64,000 nt of DNA from the IMG/VR virus record IMGVR_UViG_3300042363_001351, positions 46,606 to 110,605 of that record, one strand, 5' to 3'. This document shows, one piece after another, positions 47,976 through 57,656 of the stretch. Made by a program: the position numbers and the translations under genes. The notes below the pieces were generated by a model. It was not told the origin of the DNA and searched no databases. It saw only the letters and a program-made list of their open reading frames with translations. Within the stretch, counting starts at the first letter, position 1. Each line of letters starts with the position of its first letter. The DNA comes from a virus (taxonomy: Duplodnaviria > Caudoviricetes).

Positions 47976-48929
47976 ATGAAAAAAATTGTATATATTACAG
48001 GGTGTTTAGGTTTTATAGGTTCTTATATAACGAGAGCGTGTCTTAATCGTGGATGGTATGTAAAGGGTGTTGATAAAATCACTTACGCAGCAAATAAGAG
48101 TATACTCAACGAGTTTAATAATTATAATAATTTTTCATTTGTAAATAGAGATATAAATGAGCTTAAGTTTTTATACGACTGCGATTATGTAATTAATACA
48201 GCAGCAGAGACTCACGTTGGTAATTCTATCGTTAATAGTGATGAATTTGTACACTCTAATATTAACGGGGTACATAATCTTCTAGAGCTTATTAAAAACC
48301 ATCGAGGTGAAAATTCTTCAAAGCCTATTTTCTTACACTTCAGCACCGATGAAGTGTATGGAGACATTGAGCAGGGTCTCCATACCGAGCAAGATTTACT
48401 CAAGCCTAGTAATCCCTATTCAGCAACAAAAGCAGCTGCTGATATGCTTGTATTAGCTTGGGCTAGAACCTACAACCTACCTTATATTATAATTAGACCT
48501 ACCAACAATTACGGTATAGGTCAATATGTTGAGAAACTTATTCCTAAATCGTGTAAATATCTCAACGTAGGTAAAAAAATACCTATTCACAACAGCGGAG
48601 AACCTATACGTAACTGGCTTCATGCAGAAGATACTGCTAATGCAGTTATTACAATAATTGAATCTAACTCTGTAAATGAGGTATATAATATTTGCGGAGG
48701 CTTTGAACAAAGCAATCTCGAAACGGTAGTAAAATTAATAAAGGCATACGGTATCGACAAAAACAAAGTTAACAATTATATAGACTGGTCTTGTAATAGA
48801 CCTGGTCAAGATGTTAGATATGCTTTAGACGACTCGAAGCTTAGATCTCTAGGGTGGGAGCCTAAAAAAGAATTTGACGTTGAAATTAAGGCAATTACAG
48901 ACTATTATAAAGATAGGTTTATATGGTAA
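47976..48929 (+). CDS. rmlB: dTDP-glucose 4,6-dehydratase
   Basis: GCLGFIG, DKITYA, AAETHV, STDEVYG, YSATK, NNYG, RPGQD.RY. Confidence 0.9.
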   Translation: MKKIVYITGCLGFIGSYITRACLNRGWYVKGVDKITYAANKSILNEFNNYNNFSFVNRDINELKFLYDCDYVINTAAETHVGNSIVNSDEFVHSNINGVHNLLELIKNHRGENSSKPIFLHFSTDEVYGDIEQGLHTEQDLLKPSNPYSATKAAADMLVLAWARTYNLPYIIIRPTNNYGIGQYVEKLIPKSCKYLNVGKKIPIHNSGEPIRNWLHAEDTANAVITIIESNSVNEVYNICGGFEQSNLETVVKLIKAYGIDKNKVNNYIDWSCNRPGQDVRYALDDSKLRSLGWEPKKEFDVEIKAITDYYKDRFIW

Positions 48930-48971
48930 GTAGTATAAATTTTTTGTATATAAAAAACTTTTAAAAATATT

Positions 48972-49769
48972 ATGAATGCAAGAGAAGGTAAATGTGTAAA
49001 GATTCTAACTGATCTTATTGAAAATGACGGCCTAGTAGGTATAAAAACTAGTTTTGAAGACGAAGGTGCGACGTTTAATGAGACTATTCGTTTAAAGGAA
49101 ATTTGTAATCAATCTAAGACTAAGATTACACTTAAAATTGGCGGGCCTGAAGCAATACGCGATTTAAAAGACTCACTAATTATAGGTGTAAAGGGATTAG
49201 TAGCACCAATGGTAGAGTCAGAATTTGGGTTAAAAAAATTCATTCAAGCTACTAAAATACATATTACTGAAAGTGTTCTATCATCATTGCAGTTAAATAT
49301 AAACGTCGAAACAATTACATCAGTTCAAAATGTAGAAAAAATGCTTGAATCTGTAGAGTCGAAAGACCTATACGGAGTGACGGTTGGAAGAGTAGACCTT
49401 GTCTCATCTATGGGTAGAGATAGGCAGTACGTAAATAGTGACGAAATATATAAATTGACTAAATCGGTATTCACTAAAGTTAAAGCGAAAGGATTAAAAG
49501 CTTGTTTAGGAGGAGCAGTATCAGTAGAGTCTTTAGAGTTTCTTAAAAATCTTCACTCTGAAGGTCTTTTAGATAAGTTCGAAACACGGTATGCAATATT
49601 TGATCCATCCATTACATTAAAAAATCTATCTAGAGCTCTTTCAAAAGCTCAAATGTTTGAATATGAATGGTTGATGTGCAAACATGAACAGTATAATATC
49701 GCATCAAACCAAGACATTAAGCGCATTCAGATGATTCAAGATAGGATCAACCAATCTGTTAGTTATTAA
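48972..49769 (+). CDS. HpcH/HpaI aldolase / citrate lyase-like protein
   Basis: KIGGPEA..D, APMVES.F, NVET, GRVDL..S. Confidence 0.75.
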   Translation: MNAREGKCVKILTDLIENDGLVGIKTSFEDEGATFNETIRLKEICNQSKTKITLKIGGPEAIRDLKDSLIIGVKGLVAPMVESEFGLKKFIQATKIHITESVLSSLQLNINVETITSVQNVEKMLESVESKDLYGVTVGRVDLVSSMGRDRQYVNSDEIYKLTKSVFTKVKAKGLKACLGGAVSVESLEFLKNLHSEGLLDKFETRYAIFDPSITLKNLSRALSKAQMFEYEWLMCKHEQYNIASNQDIKRIQMIQDRINQSVSY

Positions 49770-50404
49770 TGAACGTTCTCATTACAGGAGCCTCTAGAGG
49801 TATAGGTAAATCTATATCAAAAATATTTACTGATAACAATCATCAAGTCTATGCCCCTACGCGAAGTGAGCTAGATTTAACCAGGAGACCTGTACTTAGA
49901 GAAACTAATTTTGATATTATTATTAATAATGCTGGTATAAATCCTTTAAACTCGATAGACGAAATAGCAGATAACGATGTAATGCAGGTAAACTACCTGT
50001 CACCGCTAGAAATAATACAACAGTGTCTACCACACATGATAAAACAAAAATACGGTAGAATAATTAATATAGGTAGTATTTGGATTGAGATTGCTAAATC
50101 AAAAAGACTTGCGTATAGTGCTAGTAAAAGTGCGTTACATTCTTTAACAAAAGCTTTAACTGTAGAGCATGGTCATACTAATATTCTTGCTAATACCGTC
50201 TCACCTGGTTTTATAGGTACGAGTCTAACGTTTGAAAATAACTCAGAAGAGGAAATTAATAATTTAATACAAAAAGTTCCTATCGGTAGGTTAGGATATC
50301 CAGAGGAAATTGCAAACATCGTTTACTATCTTACAGTTAATAATAACTTTATTACAGGTCAAAACATAATAATAGATGGAGGATTTTCATGTACAACGAA
50401 TTAA
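49769..50404 (+). CDS. Short-chain dehydrogenase/reductase
   Basis: TGASRGIG, NNAG, YSASK, PG, IDGG. Confidence 0.9.
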   Translation: MNVLITGASRGIGKSISKIFTDNNHQVYAPTRSELDLTRRPVLRETNFDIIINNAGINPLNSIDEIADNDVMQVNYLSPLEIIQQCLPHMIKQKYGRIINIGSIWIEIAKSKRLAYSASKSALHSLTKALTVEHGHTNILANTVSPGFIGTSLTFENNSEEEINNLIQKVPIGRLGYPEEIANIVYYLTVNNNFITGQNIIIDGGFSCTTN

Positions 50405-51420
50405 CAATAAGCTCTAAAATAAAAAACTATAAAGTAAGATTTATTAACTCTATTAATGATATTGTTTTAATGTGTGAACAAAACAATACTATTACGTTTG
50501 TAGATAAAAAAGTAAAAGAGTCTTTTTCGCAATTGTCGATTGATGGCTTTGTTGAAATTGATAGTAGTGAGGATATAAAAACTCTTGAAGGGGCGGAATT
50601 TATATACAATATTCTTTCTAATAAAAAAGCAAATAAGCACACTAAGGTTATTGTAATCGGAGGTGGAGTTCTTCAAGATCTTATAGGTTTTTGCGCTTCT
50701 ACTTACTGCAGAAGCATACAATATACTCTAATACCTACTACATTATTAGCTCAAGCAGATAGCTGTGTAGGGGGTAAGACGTCGCTAAACTTAAAGGGTA
50801 AAAAAAATATTTTAGGTACATTTTACCCTCCTAGTGAGATTGTAATCTTACCCGATTTTACGCAAACTTTGTCACCTACGGATCTTATTAGCGGCTTAGG
50901 AGAAATATATAAATTTCACATTTTGCAGAGTGTAGTGCGGTCCTTTAATACTCATAAAATTGCTGATATGGTCTATAAGGGTCTTGAATATAAAATTGAC
51001 ATTATATCACGCGACGAGTTCGATGAGTCAGAAAGAAAGTTTCTCAACTTTGGTCATACCTTCGGACATGCCTTGGAGTCTATATCTAATAATAAAGTGC
51101 CGCATGGTGTCGCTGTTATTGCAGGATGTATGTTAGCTTTATCAGTATCAAAAAGAAAAAATTACGACATTCAAGACTATCAATATACGCTCGATCTTGG
51201 ATTATCACTCATCAGTAAGAGTGGTATTGTATTTAAGAGAGAGTGGTTTGAGTTGTTAGATCTGTTAGATATAATAAAATCTGATAAGAAAAGTACCGGT
51301 AAATTAACAATGGTTTTAATGAACAACGGGCCTATATTAGAAGATATTGAAGATTTGTCTATTATCGAACAATCTATTACAGAGTTATGCGAGTATCTGA
51401 CTACATTATACAGTATTTAA
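50389..51420 (+). CDS. 3-dehydroquinate synthase-like sugar-phosphate cyclase
   Basis: GGGVLQD, PTTLLAQADSCVGGK, KN..G.F..P, LNFGHTFGHALES, HG.AV. Confidence 0.88.
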   Translation: MYNELTISSKIKNYKVRFINSINDIVLMCEQNNTITFVDKKVKESFSQLSIDGFVEIDSSEDIKTLEGAEFIYNILSNKKANKHTKVIVIGGGVLQDLIGFCASTYCRSIQYTLIPTTLLAQADSCVGGKTSLNLKGKKNILGTFYPPSEIVILPDFTQTLSPTDLISGLGEIYKFHILQSVVRSFNTHKIADMVYKGLEYKIDIISRDEFDESERKFLNFGHTFGHALESISNNKVPHGVAVIAGCMLALSVSKRKNYDIQDYQYTLDLGLSLISKSGIVFKREWFELLDLLDIIKSDKKSTGKLTMVLMNNGPILEDIEDLSIIEQSITELCEYLTTLYSI

Positions 51421-53117
51421 GAGATGAATATAAAGTAGATACTATATTCACCGTATCGGGCGGTGGATGTATTTTTCTTATTGACTCCTTAGGAAAGACA
51501 GAAGGTGTTAAATATATTGCACCTCATCACGAGCAAGCTGCTGCAATAGCAGCTGAAGGTTACGCTCGTTTAAATAATAAGCTTGGAGCATGTATAGTAA
51601 CAAGCGGACCTGGCGGTACTAATGCTATTACAGGTACTTTATGTAGCTGGCTTGACTCTATTCCAGTTATTGTTATAAGCGGTCAAGTTAATAAGGAAAT
51701 GACGACAAATTACACCGACCTGCCGCTACGTCAGCTAGGTGATCAGGAGTTTAATATTATCGAGTCAGTAAAAAATATGACTAAATTTGCTAAGCAAATC
51801 AATAACTCTAAAGATATAAAATATTATCTCGATAAAGCCTGCAAACTTGCTACTACAGGTAGACCAGGACCAGTATGGTTGGATATACCTCTAAACGTTC
51901 AATCTGAAAATATTAACCCAGACGAGTTAGAAGGGTGGAGTGATTTAGAGGAACTACCTGAACCTACTAACATTGAAATTGATAAAGTTTTAGAAGAGTG
52001 GTCAAAGGCAAAAAAACCTCTAATGATTGTAGGTCACGGAGTTAGGTTAAGTAACGGTATAGATAAACTACATCAACTTTTAGGACAAGTTAATATACCG
52101 ACTATTACAGCTGTCAATGGTAATGATATAGTAAATTCTGATTACCCATATTATTACGGTAGGTTTGGTACCCACGCGCAAATTTGCGCTAATAAACTAC
52201 TAAGCGAATGTGACTTTTTACTTACTATAGGTAGTAGACTTTATGTAAGACAGACGGGATATAACTTTAAAGGATTTGCAAAGCAGGCATATAAGGTCCA
52301 TGTAGATATAGATAAAGGCGAGCTAGATAAACCTACTTTATTTAGCGATTTGAAAATTCATTCTGATGCAAAAAAATTTATTGAAAAGATTGTTAATAAA
52401 AAAATTCCACAAACAGATCTAAAATGGATAGAGGAATGCGATAGAATTAATATATCATCTCCTAAGGTATTACAAAGACATAGAGATAATATAAACTATG
52501 TAAGTCATTATGCCTTTCTAGAAAAATTATCTAAGTTAATGCCTCGTGATCATCACATAGTAACTAGTGATGGGTCAGCTAATGTAGTGACTATGCAAGT
52601 TATGGATCTTACAGGTGATCAGAGACTTATAACTAATACAGGCTGCGCTCCTATGGGATATGGTCTACCTGCTGCTATAGGTGCTTCTATACATCATAAA
52701 ATAATATGCTTGGAAGGTGATGGTAGTTTACATTTAAATATACAGGAACTTCAAACAGTAAAGCACTACAATCTTCCTATTAAAATAATTCTATTAAATA
52801 ATGACGGTTATCTTTCTATAAAGATCTCGCAAAAAACTTTCTTTAATGGCAATTATGTCGCCTCGGAAAAAAATAGCGGGGTATCGTTTCCTAGTTTTGA
52901 AAAAATAGTAAAAGCGTACGATATTCCCTACACTAGCATAAGAAAGAACGCAGATATTGAGACAGCTCTAGAGAGTTTTTTAAGCTGTGAGGGCCCCTGT
53001 GTGTGTGAGGTCTTTACTGATCCTAATGAATACCATGAACCTAAGGTAATGGCTAAACTAGATCAAAGCGGTAAAATGATTCCAGGCGAACTGGAGAATA
53101 TAAAATGGATAGAATGA
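51387..53117 (+). CDS. ThDP-dependent carboligase (YerE/acetolactate synthase-like)
   Basis: HHEQAA..AAEGYAR, TSGPGGTN, GRPGPV..DIP, MGYGLPAAIG, GDGS...NN. Confidence 0.88.
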   Translation: MRVSDYIIQYLRDEYKVDTIFTVSGGGCIFLIDSLGKTEGVKYIAPHHEQAAAIAAEGYARLNNKLGACIVTSGPGGTNAITGTLCSWLDSIPVIVISGQVNKEMTTNYTDLPLRQLGDQEFNIIESVKNMTKFAKQINNSKDIKYYLDKACKLATTGRPGPVWLDIPLNVQSENINPDELEGWSDLEELPEPTNIEIDKVLEEWSKAKKPLMIVGHGVRLSNGIDKLHQLLGQVNIPTITAVNGNDIVNSDYPYYYGRFGTHAQICANKLLSECDFLLTIGSRLYVRQTGYNFKGFAKQAYKVHVDIDKGELDKPTLFSDLKIHSDAKKFIEKIVNKKIPQTDLKWIEECDRINISSPKVLQRHRDNINYVSHYAFLEKLSKLMPRDHHIVTSDGSANVVTMQVMDLTGDQRLITNTGCAPMGYGLPAAIGASIHHKIICLEGDGSLHLNIQELQTVKHYNLPIKIILLNNDGYLSIKISQKTFFNGNYVASEKNSGVSFPSFEKIVKAYDIPYTSIRKNADIETALESFLSCEGPCVCEVFTDPNEYHEPKVMAKLDQSGKMIPGELENIKWIE

Positions 53118-53884
53118 AGTCTATTTTAATAACAGGAGGAAATGGTTATATAGCAAAAAGTCTATTTAACAATCTATCCGATGACTATGAGGTAACTTCT
53201 ATTTCTCGTAGTAACTTTGATTTAACTAATAGAAGCGAGGTCAATAATTTTTTTCAAAACAAATATTTTGATATAGTAATTCATACTGCTGTTATTGGAG
53301 GTAGTAGATTAAAACAGGAGAACTCTATTGTACTGGATAGTAATTTACAAATGTATTATAATCTTTTAGAAAATAAATCTCATTTTACGAAGTTTCTACA
53401 TTTTGGTTCAGGCGCTGAGTTATATGCCCGCAATACTCCATATGGCTTGAGCAAATATATTATTAACGAGTCTCTCAAAGAGAAAGAAAATTTTTATAAT
53501 ATAAGAATCTTTGGTTTGTTTGACGAGGAAGAGATTTATACACGCTTTATAAAAGGTAACATAATAAGATACATAAAAGGAGAACCTATACAAATTTTTG
53601 AAAATAAAAAAATGGACTTTTTTTATATGCGCGATCTTCATACACTAGTTAGACATTATATAGAAAAAGATAATCCGCCTAGTGAAGTTAATTGCTCTTA
53701 TGATACAAAAGTAAGTCTTAAAGATATTGCTAATAAAATTAATTTATTGAGCAACTATACTGTACCGATTATCTGTAACGATACAAAAGGTATAGATTAT
53801 ATAGGTGACAAGTGTATTATAGATTGCGAGCTTATTGGTCTAGATAAAGGCATTAATTATGTTTATAGTGACTTGAAAAAATAA
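53105..53884 (+). CDS. NAD-dependent epimerase/reductase
   Basis: TGGNGYIA, GSGAE, YGLSK. Confidence 0.85.
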   Translation: MDRMKSILITGGNGYIAKSLFNNLSDDYEVTSISRSNFDLTNRSEVNNFFQNKYFDIVIHTAVIGGSRLKQENSIVLDSNLQMYYNLLENKSHFTKFLHFGSGAELYARNTPYGLSKYIINESLKEKENFYNIRIFGLFDEEEIYTRFIKGNIIRYIKGEPIQIFENKKMDFFYMRDLHTLVRHYIEKDNPPSEVNCSYDTKVSLKDIANKINLLSNYTVPIICNDTKGIDYIGDKCIIDCELIGLDKGINYVYSDLKK

Positions 53885-53905
53885 ACTTATATATTAAAAT
53901 ATGTT

Positions 53906-54490
53906 ATGATTATCGAACAACCTATCTATAATGGAGATTTAATTCACAAGCGCTTTGCTTATCAGTTTTTTAAGAAGGAAGTATCGCCGTATGGTAATAT
54001 TGTTGCTTTTCGCGCTCCCATGTACGTTAGCGATAACCTTATCGATCTAGAAGATTCTCTCAGTAAGGACTTTATCTTTAGTGATGACGCTATTAACTTT
54101 TGTTGGGAAATTCCAAATCTTTGCCCGTTTGGTGCAGTGGCGTTTCAGCGACTTTTCAATGCAACTATTGCTAATATTCTCGCTATGATAATTAAAAAGC
54201 CGCTTGAGATGAAAGGTGACGATATTATGGTTCATGATACCTTTATAGGTGGTTCTGATAAAAAACAATACGAAGTAGGTAAGGTTAGTGTATCTATTAC
54301 CTACTCTAAGGAAGGAGTAGCTATTGGTCATACCGGTATTAATATTAACGCTGGTAATAAGGCTCCGGGTTTTGCATATAGCTCAAAATTAACAGATGAT
54401 CAAGCTATCAATCTAATGCATGCAGCTATTAATTACTTCAATGAAGAGATTAAAGACATGCAAATTGCTACTACAAAAGTTATTGTATGA
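53906..54490 (+). CDS. DUF366-like protein (lipoate/biotin ligase-like fold)
   Basis: YNG..I...FAY, IVAFR, DLED, FQRL, GDD, K.SVSI, HTGINI. Confidence 0.7.
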   Translation: MIIEQPIYNGDLIHKRFAYQFFKKEVSPYGNIVAFRAPMYVSDNLIDLEDSLSKDFIFSDDAINFCWEIPNLCPFGAVAFQRLFNATIANILAMIIKKPLEMKGDDIMVHDTFIGGSDKKQYEVGKVSVSITYSKEGVAIGHTGININAGNKAPGFAYSSKLTDDQAINLMHAAINYFNEEIKDMQIATTKVIV

Positions 54491-54861
54491 CGTTTTTTGA
54501 GATTTTAAGAGCATTATTTTTTAATAAAATAAAAAATAATGAAGAACTAAACAACGATAGTTTGGTTCAGTTCACTCCATACATGGTAAATAGGTGGCTG
54601 TCTTTTTACGATAAGAGTAAAACCATTTTTGTTAATGAAACTTTAAACAGGTTTTGCTCTCTTTTTGAAGATAAAAACGAAATGTATAAATTATATAATA
54701 ATCTCATACCTCAGTCTAAATTTAAAAAAATTAATTACATTAAAAAAAATAAAGAAAAGGTAGAGGAAGATTCTACAATATCTATTATAGCTAAAAATAA
54801 TATGCTCTCAATTAGAGAGATACAAACATACATTGATTTAACAGAAAACAAACTTAAATAA
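54487..54861 (+). CDS. 62: Clamp loader small subunit gp62-like
   Basis: F.PYMVNRWLS...N pattern; YIKK. Confidence 0.7.
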   Translation: MTFFEILRALFFNKIKNNEELNNDSLVQFTPYMVNRWLSFYDKSKTIFVNETLNRFCSLFEDKNEMYKLYNNLIPQSKFKKINYIKKNKEKVEEDSTISIIAKNNMLSIREIQTYIDLTENKLK

Positions 54862-54865
54862 CATC

Positions 54866-55306
54866 ATGGCACAAGCAAGTATCGATCAACTAACACCTAC
54901 AAGAAGCCTTATTGACCTCTCTGCACACTCGAGTGGAGATTTTGGTCTTGAAGATTATGAATTAAATTTTATTTTTGATGATATTGTTTTAGTAGAATAT
55001 ATCGACCTAACATCTACTGGTGATGGTATTATGCGTAATGGCTTGTACATTCCTACTAACACTCTCACAAGGGCATGGAGAAAGGCAAAAGTTATTCTTG
55101 CAGGTCCTCAGGCAAAATATACAAAGGTAGGTGACATAGTGATTTTCCCTAATAACCTAGGCGTAACTGTTTCCAACATCGATATTAACGGGTATGGTAA
55201 AATCAACAATGCAGTCTTTTTAAACGAAAGTAGAATTTTCGGAATATGTAAACCAAAACAAAATGGCAGTATCGATACAAACTCTGGAGAGTCTTCTGCT
55301 CAATAA
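54866..55306 (+). CDS. GroES-like co-chaperonin
   Basis: D.VLVE...GLYIP....A.V..AGP....KVGDIV...FLNE.RIFG; late promoter upstream. Confidence 0.75.
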   Translation: MAQASIDQLTPTRSLIDLSAHSSGDFGLEDYELNFIFDDIVLVEYIDLTSTGDGIMRNGLYIPTNTLTRAWRKAKVILAGPQAKYTKVGDIVIFPNNLGVTVSNIDINGYGKINNAVFLNESRIFGICKPKQNGSIDTNSGESSAQ

Positions 55307-55640
55307 CGTACTTGATTTACGGTTTATTAGGCGCATTCCTATTGCCAATAAGCCAGCAACGCGTAGAATGTTGTGCACGAAATCGTACGATCTATTAAAC
55401 TCTACAAATGGACGTATAGTACTTAACTATAAACCACCACAACATAACAAGCAGTTTAGTGAGACAAAACAAAACGCTTGTGTGGTTTGGGATATACTAA
55501 TGCAGGATTATAGAATTGTATCTGCTGATCAAGTAACAATAATACGTAAAGTACCAGCTAATGAGGAGTTCTGGACTTTCTTTAATAAAGAGATATATAC
55601 TCTTAATACGGAGCAAAAAATTCTGTATATGGAATCATGA
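55263..55640 (+). CDS. WYL/Sm-like SH3-fold protein
   Basis: F.RR....RRMLCT...VVWD...DYR. Confidence 0.55.
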   Translation: MAVSIQTLESLLLNNVLDLRFIRRIPIANKPATRRMLCTKSYDLLNSTNGRIVLNYKPPQHNKQFSETKQNACVVWDILMQDYRIVSADQVTIIRKVPANEEFWTFFNKEIYTLNTEQKILYMES

Positions 55641-55978
55641 ACATAGAGCTCTATTCAAAAATACTACAAAGCTATTTGCAGTCAAAAGTAACCATAAAAT
55701 GTAATAACAAGGTTCTCAAGACAGGTAAGCTCACACTGTTTAATATAAAGCAATACTTTATTAGATTTTATATTGAGACAGATAAAAAGACAAATAAAGT
55801 ACTCGAACTTCCGTATCCCTTTTTAATGAATGTGGATGACGGTATGTGTACTCTAAATTACAAACTTACATCTCTTTGTAATAATCACTACGAAACAGTA
55901 AACGCTTTAAGAGGTATCAATAAATCCAGTGCTAATAAAATCTACGATAATATTGTAAACATCATACCTTTAAATTAA
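55637..55978 (+). CDS. Hypothetical protein
   Basis: 113-aa operonic ORF. Confidence 0.65.
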   Translation: MNIELYSKILQSYLQSKVTIKCNNKVLKTGKLTLFNIKQYFIRFYIETDKKTNKVLELPYPFLMNVDDGMCTLNYKLTSLCNNHYETVNALRGINKSSANKIYDNIVNIIPLN

Positions 55979-55995
55979 AGGAACTGTTTTATAAT
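55979..55995 (+). promoter_or_regulatory. AGGAACT-N4-TATAAT promoter motif
   Basis: 7 nt upstream of ATG 56003. Confidence 0.6.
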
Positions 55996-56002
55996 ATGTA
56001 TA

Positions 56003-57643
56003 ATGACAAATCTGCTCAGTAAATTTCCTGATAGCTTTACTCCTAACAAGCAACAAATAAAGCTAATAAGAAATATTGAGCAGGCTTTTGAGGACGGTTA
56101 TAAATTCGTGGTATGTAGTGCTCCAACAGGGTCGGGTAAGTCCTTCATATCAAAAACTCTTGGGAATAACTCCAGACCTCCTACAAAAGACTTTCTAGAT
56201 CTGGTTAATACATATCAGGTATTTAAAAGATCGCAAACAGGTGATTACCAGTATTCAGATGAAATACAGGAGCAAAAACCATTCGGAGCTTTTGCTCTAA
56301 CTATAACCAAAGCTCTACAGGATCAATATAAAGATTTATTTTCTGAGGTTGATGTTCTGAAAGGTAAGTCTAACTATCAATGCTCGTACGATGAAAATTA
56401 TAATGTAGAGTATGCACCGTGTGTATTATCTAAAAAAATAAAAGATGAATGTTGGAATAAAAACTCCTGCCCTTATTACGAAGCGCGTAATAGAGCCATA
56501 ACCTCTTGCTTCTCTACTCTCAACTACAATATGTTTTTTGCTTTACCTTATCATGTAAAGCGCAAGCAGTATATTATTTGTGATGAAGCTTCTGAACTTG
56601 AAGATCAATTAGTAAAAGAGTTCTCGTGTCAGATTAATTTTGAAATTTTAAGAAAACTAGAGGTTGCTATAAGACCGTTACCAAGTGATGATGATTACGG
56701 AAAATTAGGTAGATGGTTAAGTACGCTATCTATGGATATAGAAGACAGGGTAGAAGAATTGAAGGAAGTAACAGGAAAGAATGATAGTAAGAATACCGCT
56801 CTGTATGTAAGTGAAAAAAAATCTGAATTAATCTCTCTTTTGAATCTTCAGTCAAAAATTAAAACTCTTATTGATACGTGGCATGATAGTGAGTATATTG
56901 TAGAAAGAGTTGCAAAAGGTGTTAATTTTATGCCTCTAAAAGTTGATAAACTTTCGAAGCATATTTTCGATTACGCAGATAAAGTAATATTGATGTCAGC
57001 TACTATCATCGATCCCTCTAATTTTTGCAAAACACTAGGCATCGATAAATTTAAGTATATAGAGGCAGAGTCTACCTTTGATTCTTCTAAAGCGCCAATA
57101 TACGCTAATACTAAAATAAAGCTAAATTACAATAACCTACAATCCAATCTACCTAAAATTATAAAACAAATACGTGAAATTTGTAATATACATAGCAATG
57201 AAAAAGGTATTATACATACACAGACTAATACTATAACTAATTATCTTAAGGATACACTGAGCGATAATAGAGTGTTGTATAGAGAGCCGGGTGTTAAAAA
57301 TGAAGATATTCTTGAGATGCATCAAAATAGCAATTCACCTACTATTTTAGCATCACCGTCTATGTCGTATGGCGTAGATCTAAAAGATGATTTAGCGCGC
57401 TTTCAAATCATAATTAAAGCTCCCTATCTACCTATGATAGATAAAAGAGTAGAGAAAATGATGAAGCTAGACTTTAGCTGGTATATGAATAAAATGCTCT
57501 GCTCGTTAATTCAAGCTTGTGGTCGAGGGGTGAGATCGCATAAAGATCATTGCGTTACTTATATCTTAGATGCAGCTATTACAGAGGCTATTATTAAGAA
57601 TAAAAGTAAAATTCCAAAATATTTTTTAGATAGGTTTGTGTAG
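56003..57643 (+). CDS. DinG/XPD-family helicase
   Basis: APTGSGKS, LQDQY, KGKSNY.C plus further Cys (Fe-S), DEAS, MSAT, QACGRGVR. Confidence 0.88.
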   Translation: MTNLLSKFPDSFTPNKQQIKLIRNIEQAFEDGYKFVVCSAPTGSGKSFISKTLGNNSRPPTKDFLDLVNTYQVFKRSQTGDYQYSDEIQEQKPFGAFALTITKALQDQYKDLFSEVDVLKGKSNYQCSYDENYNVEYAPCVLSKKIKDECWNKNSCPYYEARNRAITSCFSTLNYNMFFALPYHVKRKQYIICDEASELEDQLVKEFSCQINFEILRKLEVAIRPLPSDDDYGKLGRWLSTLSMDIEDRVEELKEVTGKNDSKNTALYVSEKKSELISLLNLQSKIKTLIDTWHDSEYIVERVAKGVNFMPLKVDKLSKHIFDYADKVILMSATIIDPSNFCKTLGIDKFKYIEAESTFDSSKAPIYANTKIKLNYNNLQSNLPKIIKQIREICNIHSNEKGIIHTQTNTITNYLKDTLSDNRVLYREPGVKNEDILEMHQNSNSPTILASPSMSYGVDLKDDLARFQIIIKAPYLPMIDKRVEKMMKLDFSWYMNKMLCSLIQACGRGVRSHKDHCVTYILDAAITEAIIKNKSKIPKYFLDRFV

Positions 57644-57656
57644 ACTAAATATATGA

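Noticed and set aside
50389-53117. aroB and ilvB as amino-acid biosynthesis auxiliary genes
   Set aside because: They are embedded in an NDP-sugar operon with no other pathway genes or regulatory subunit.
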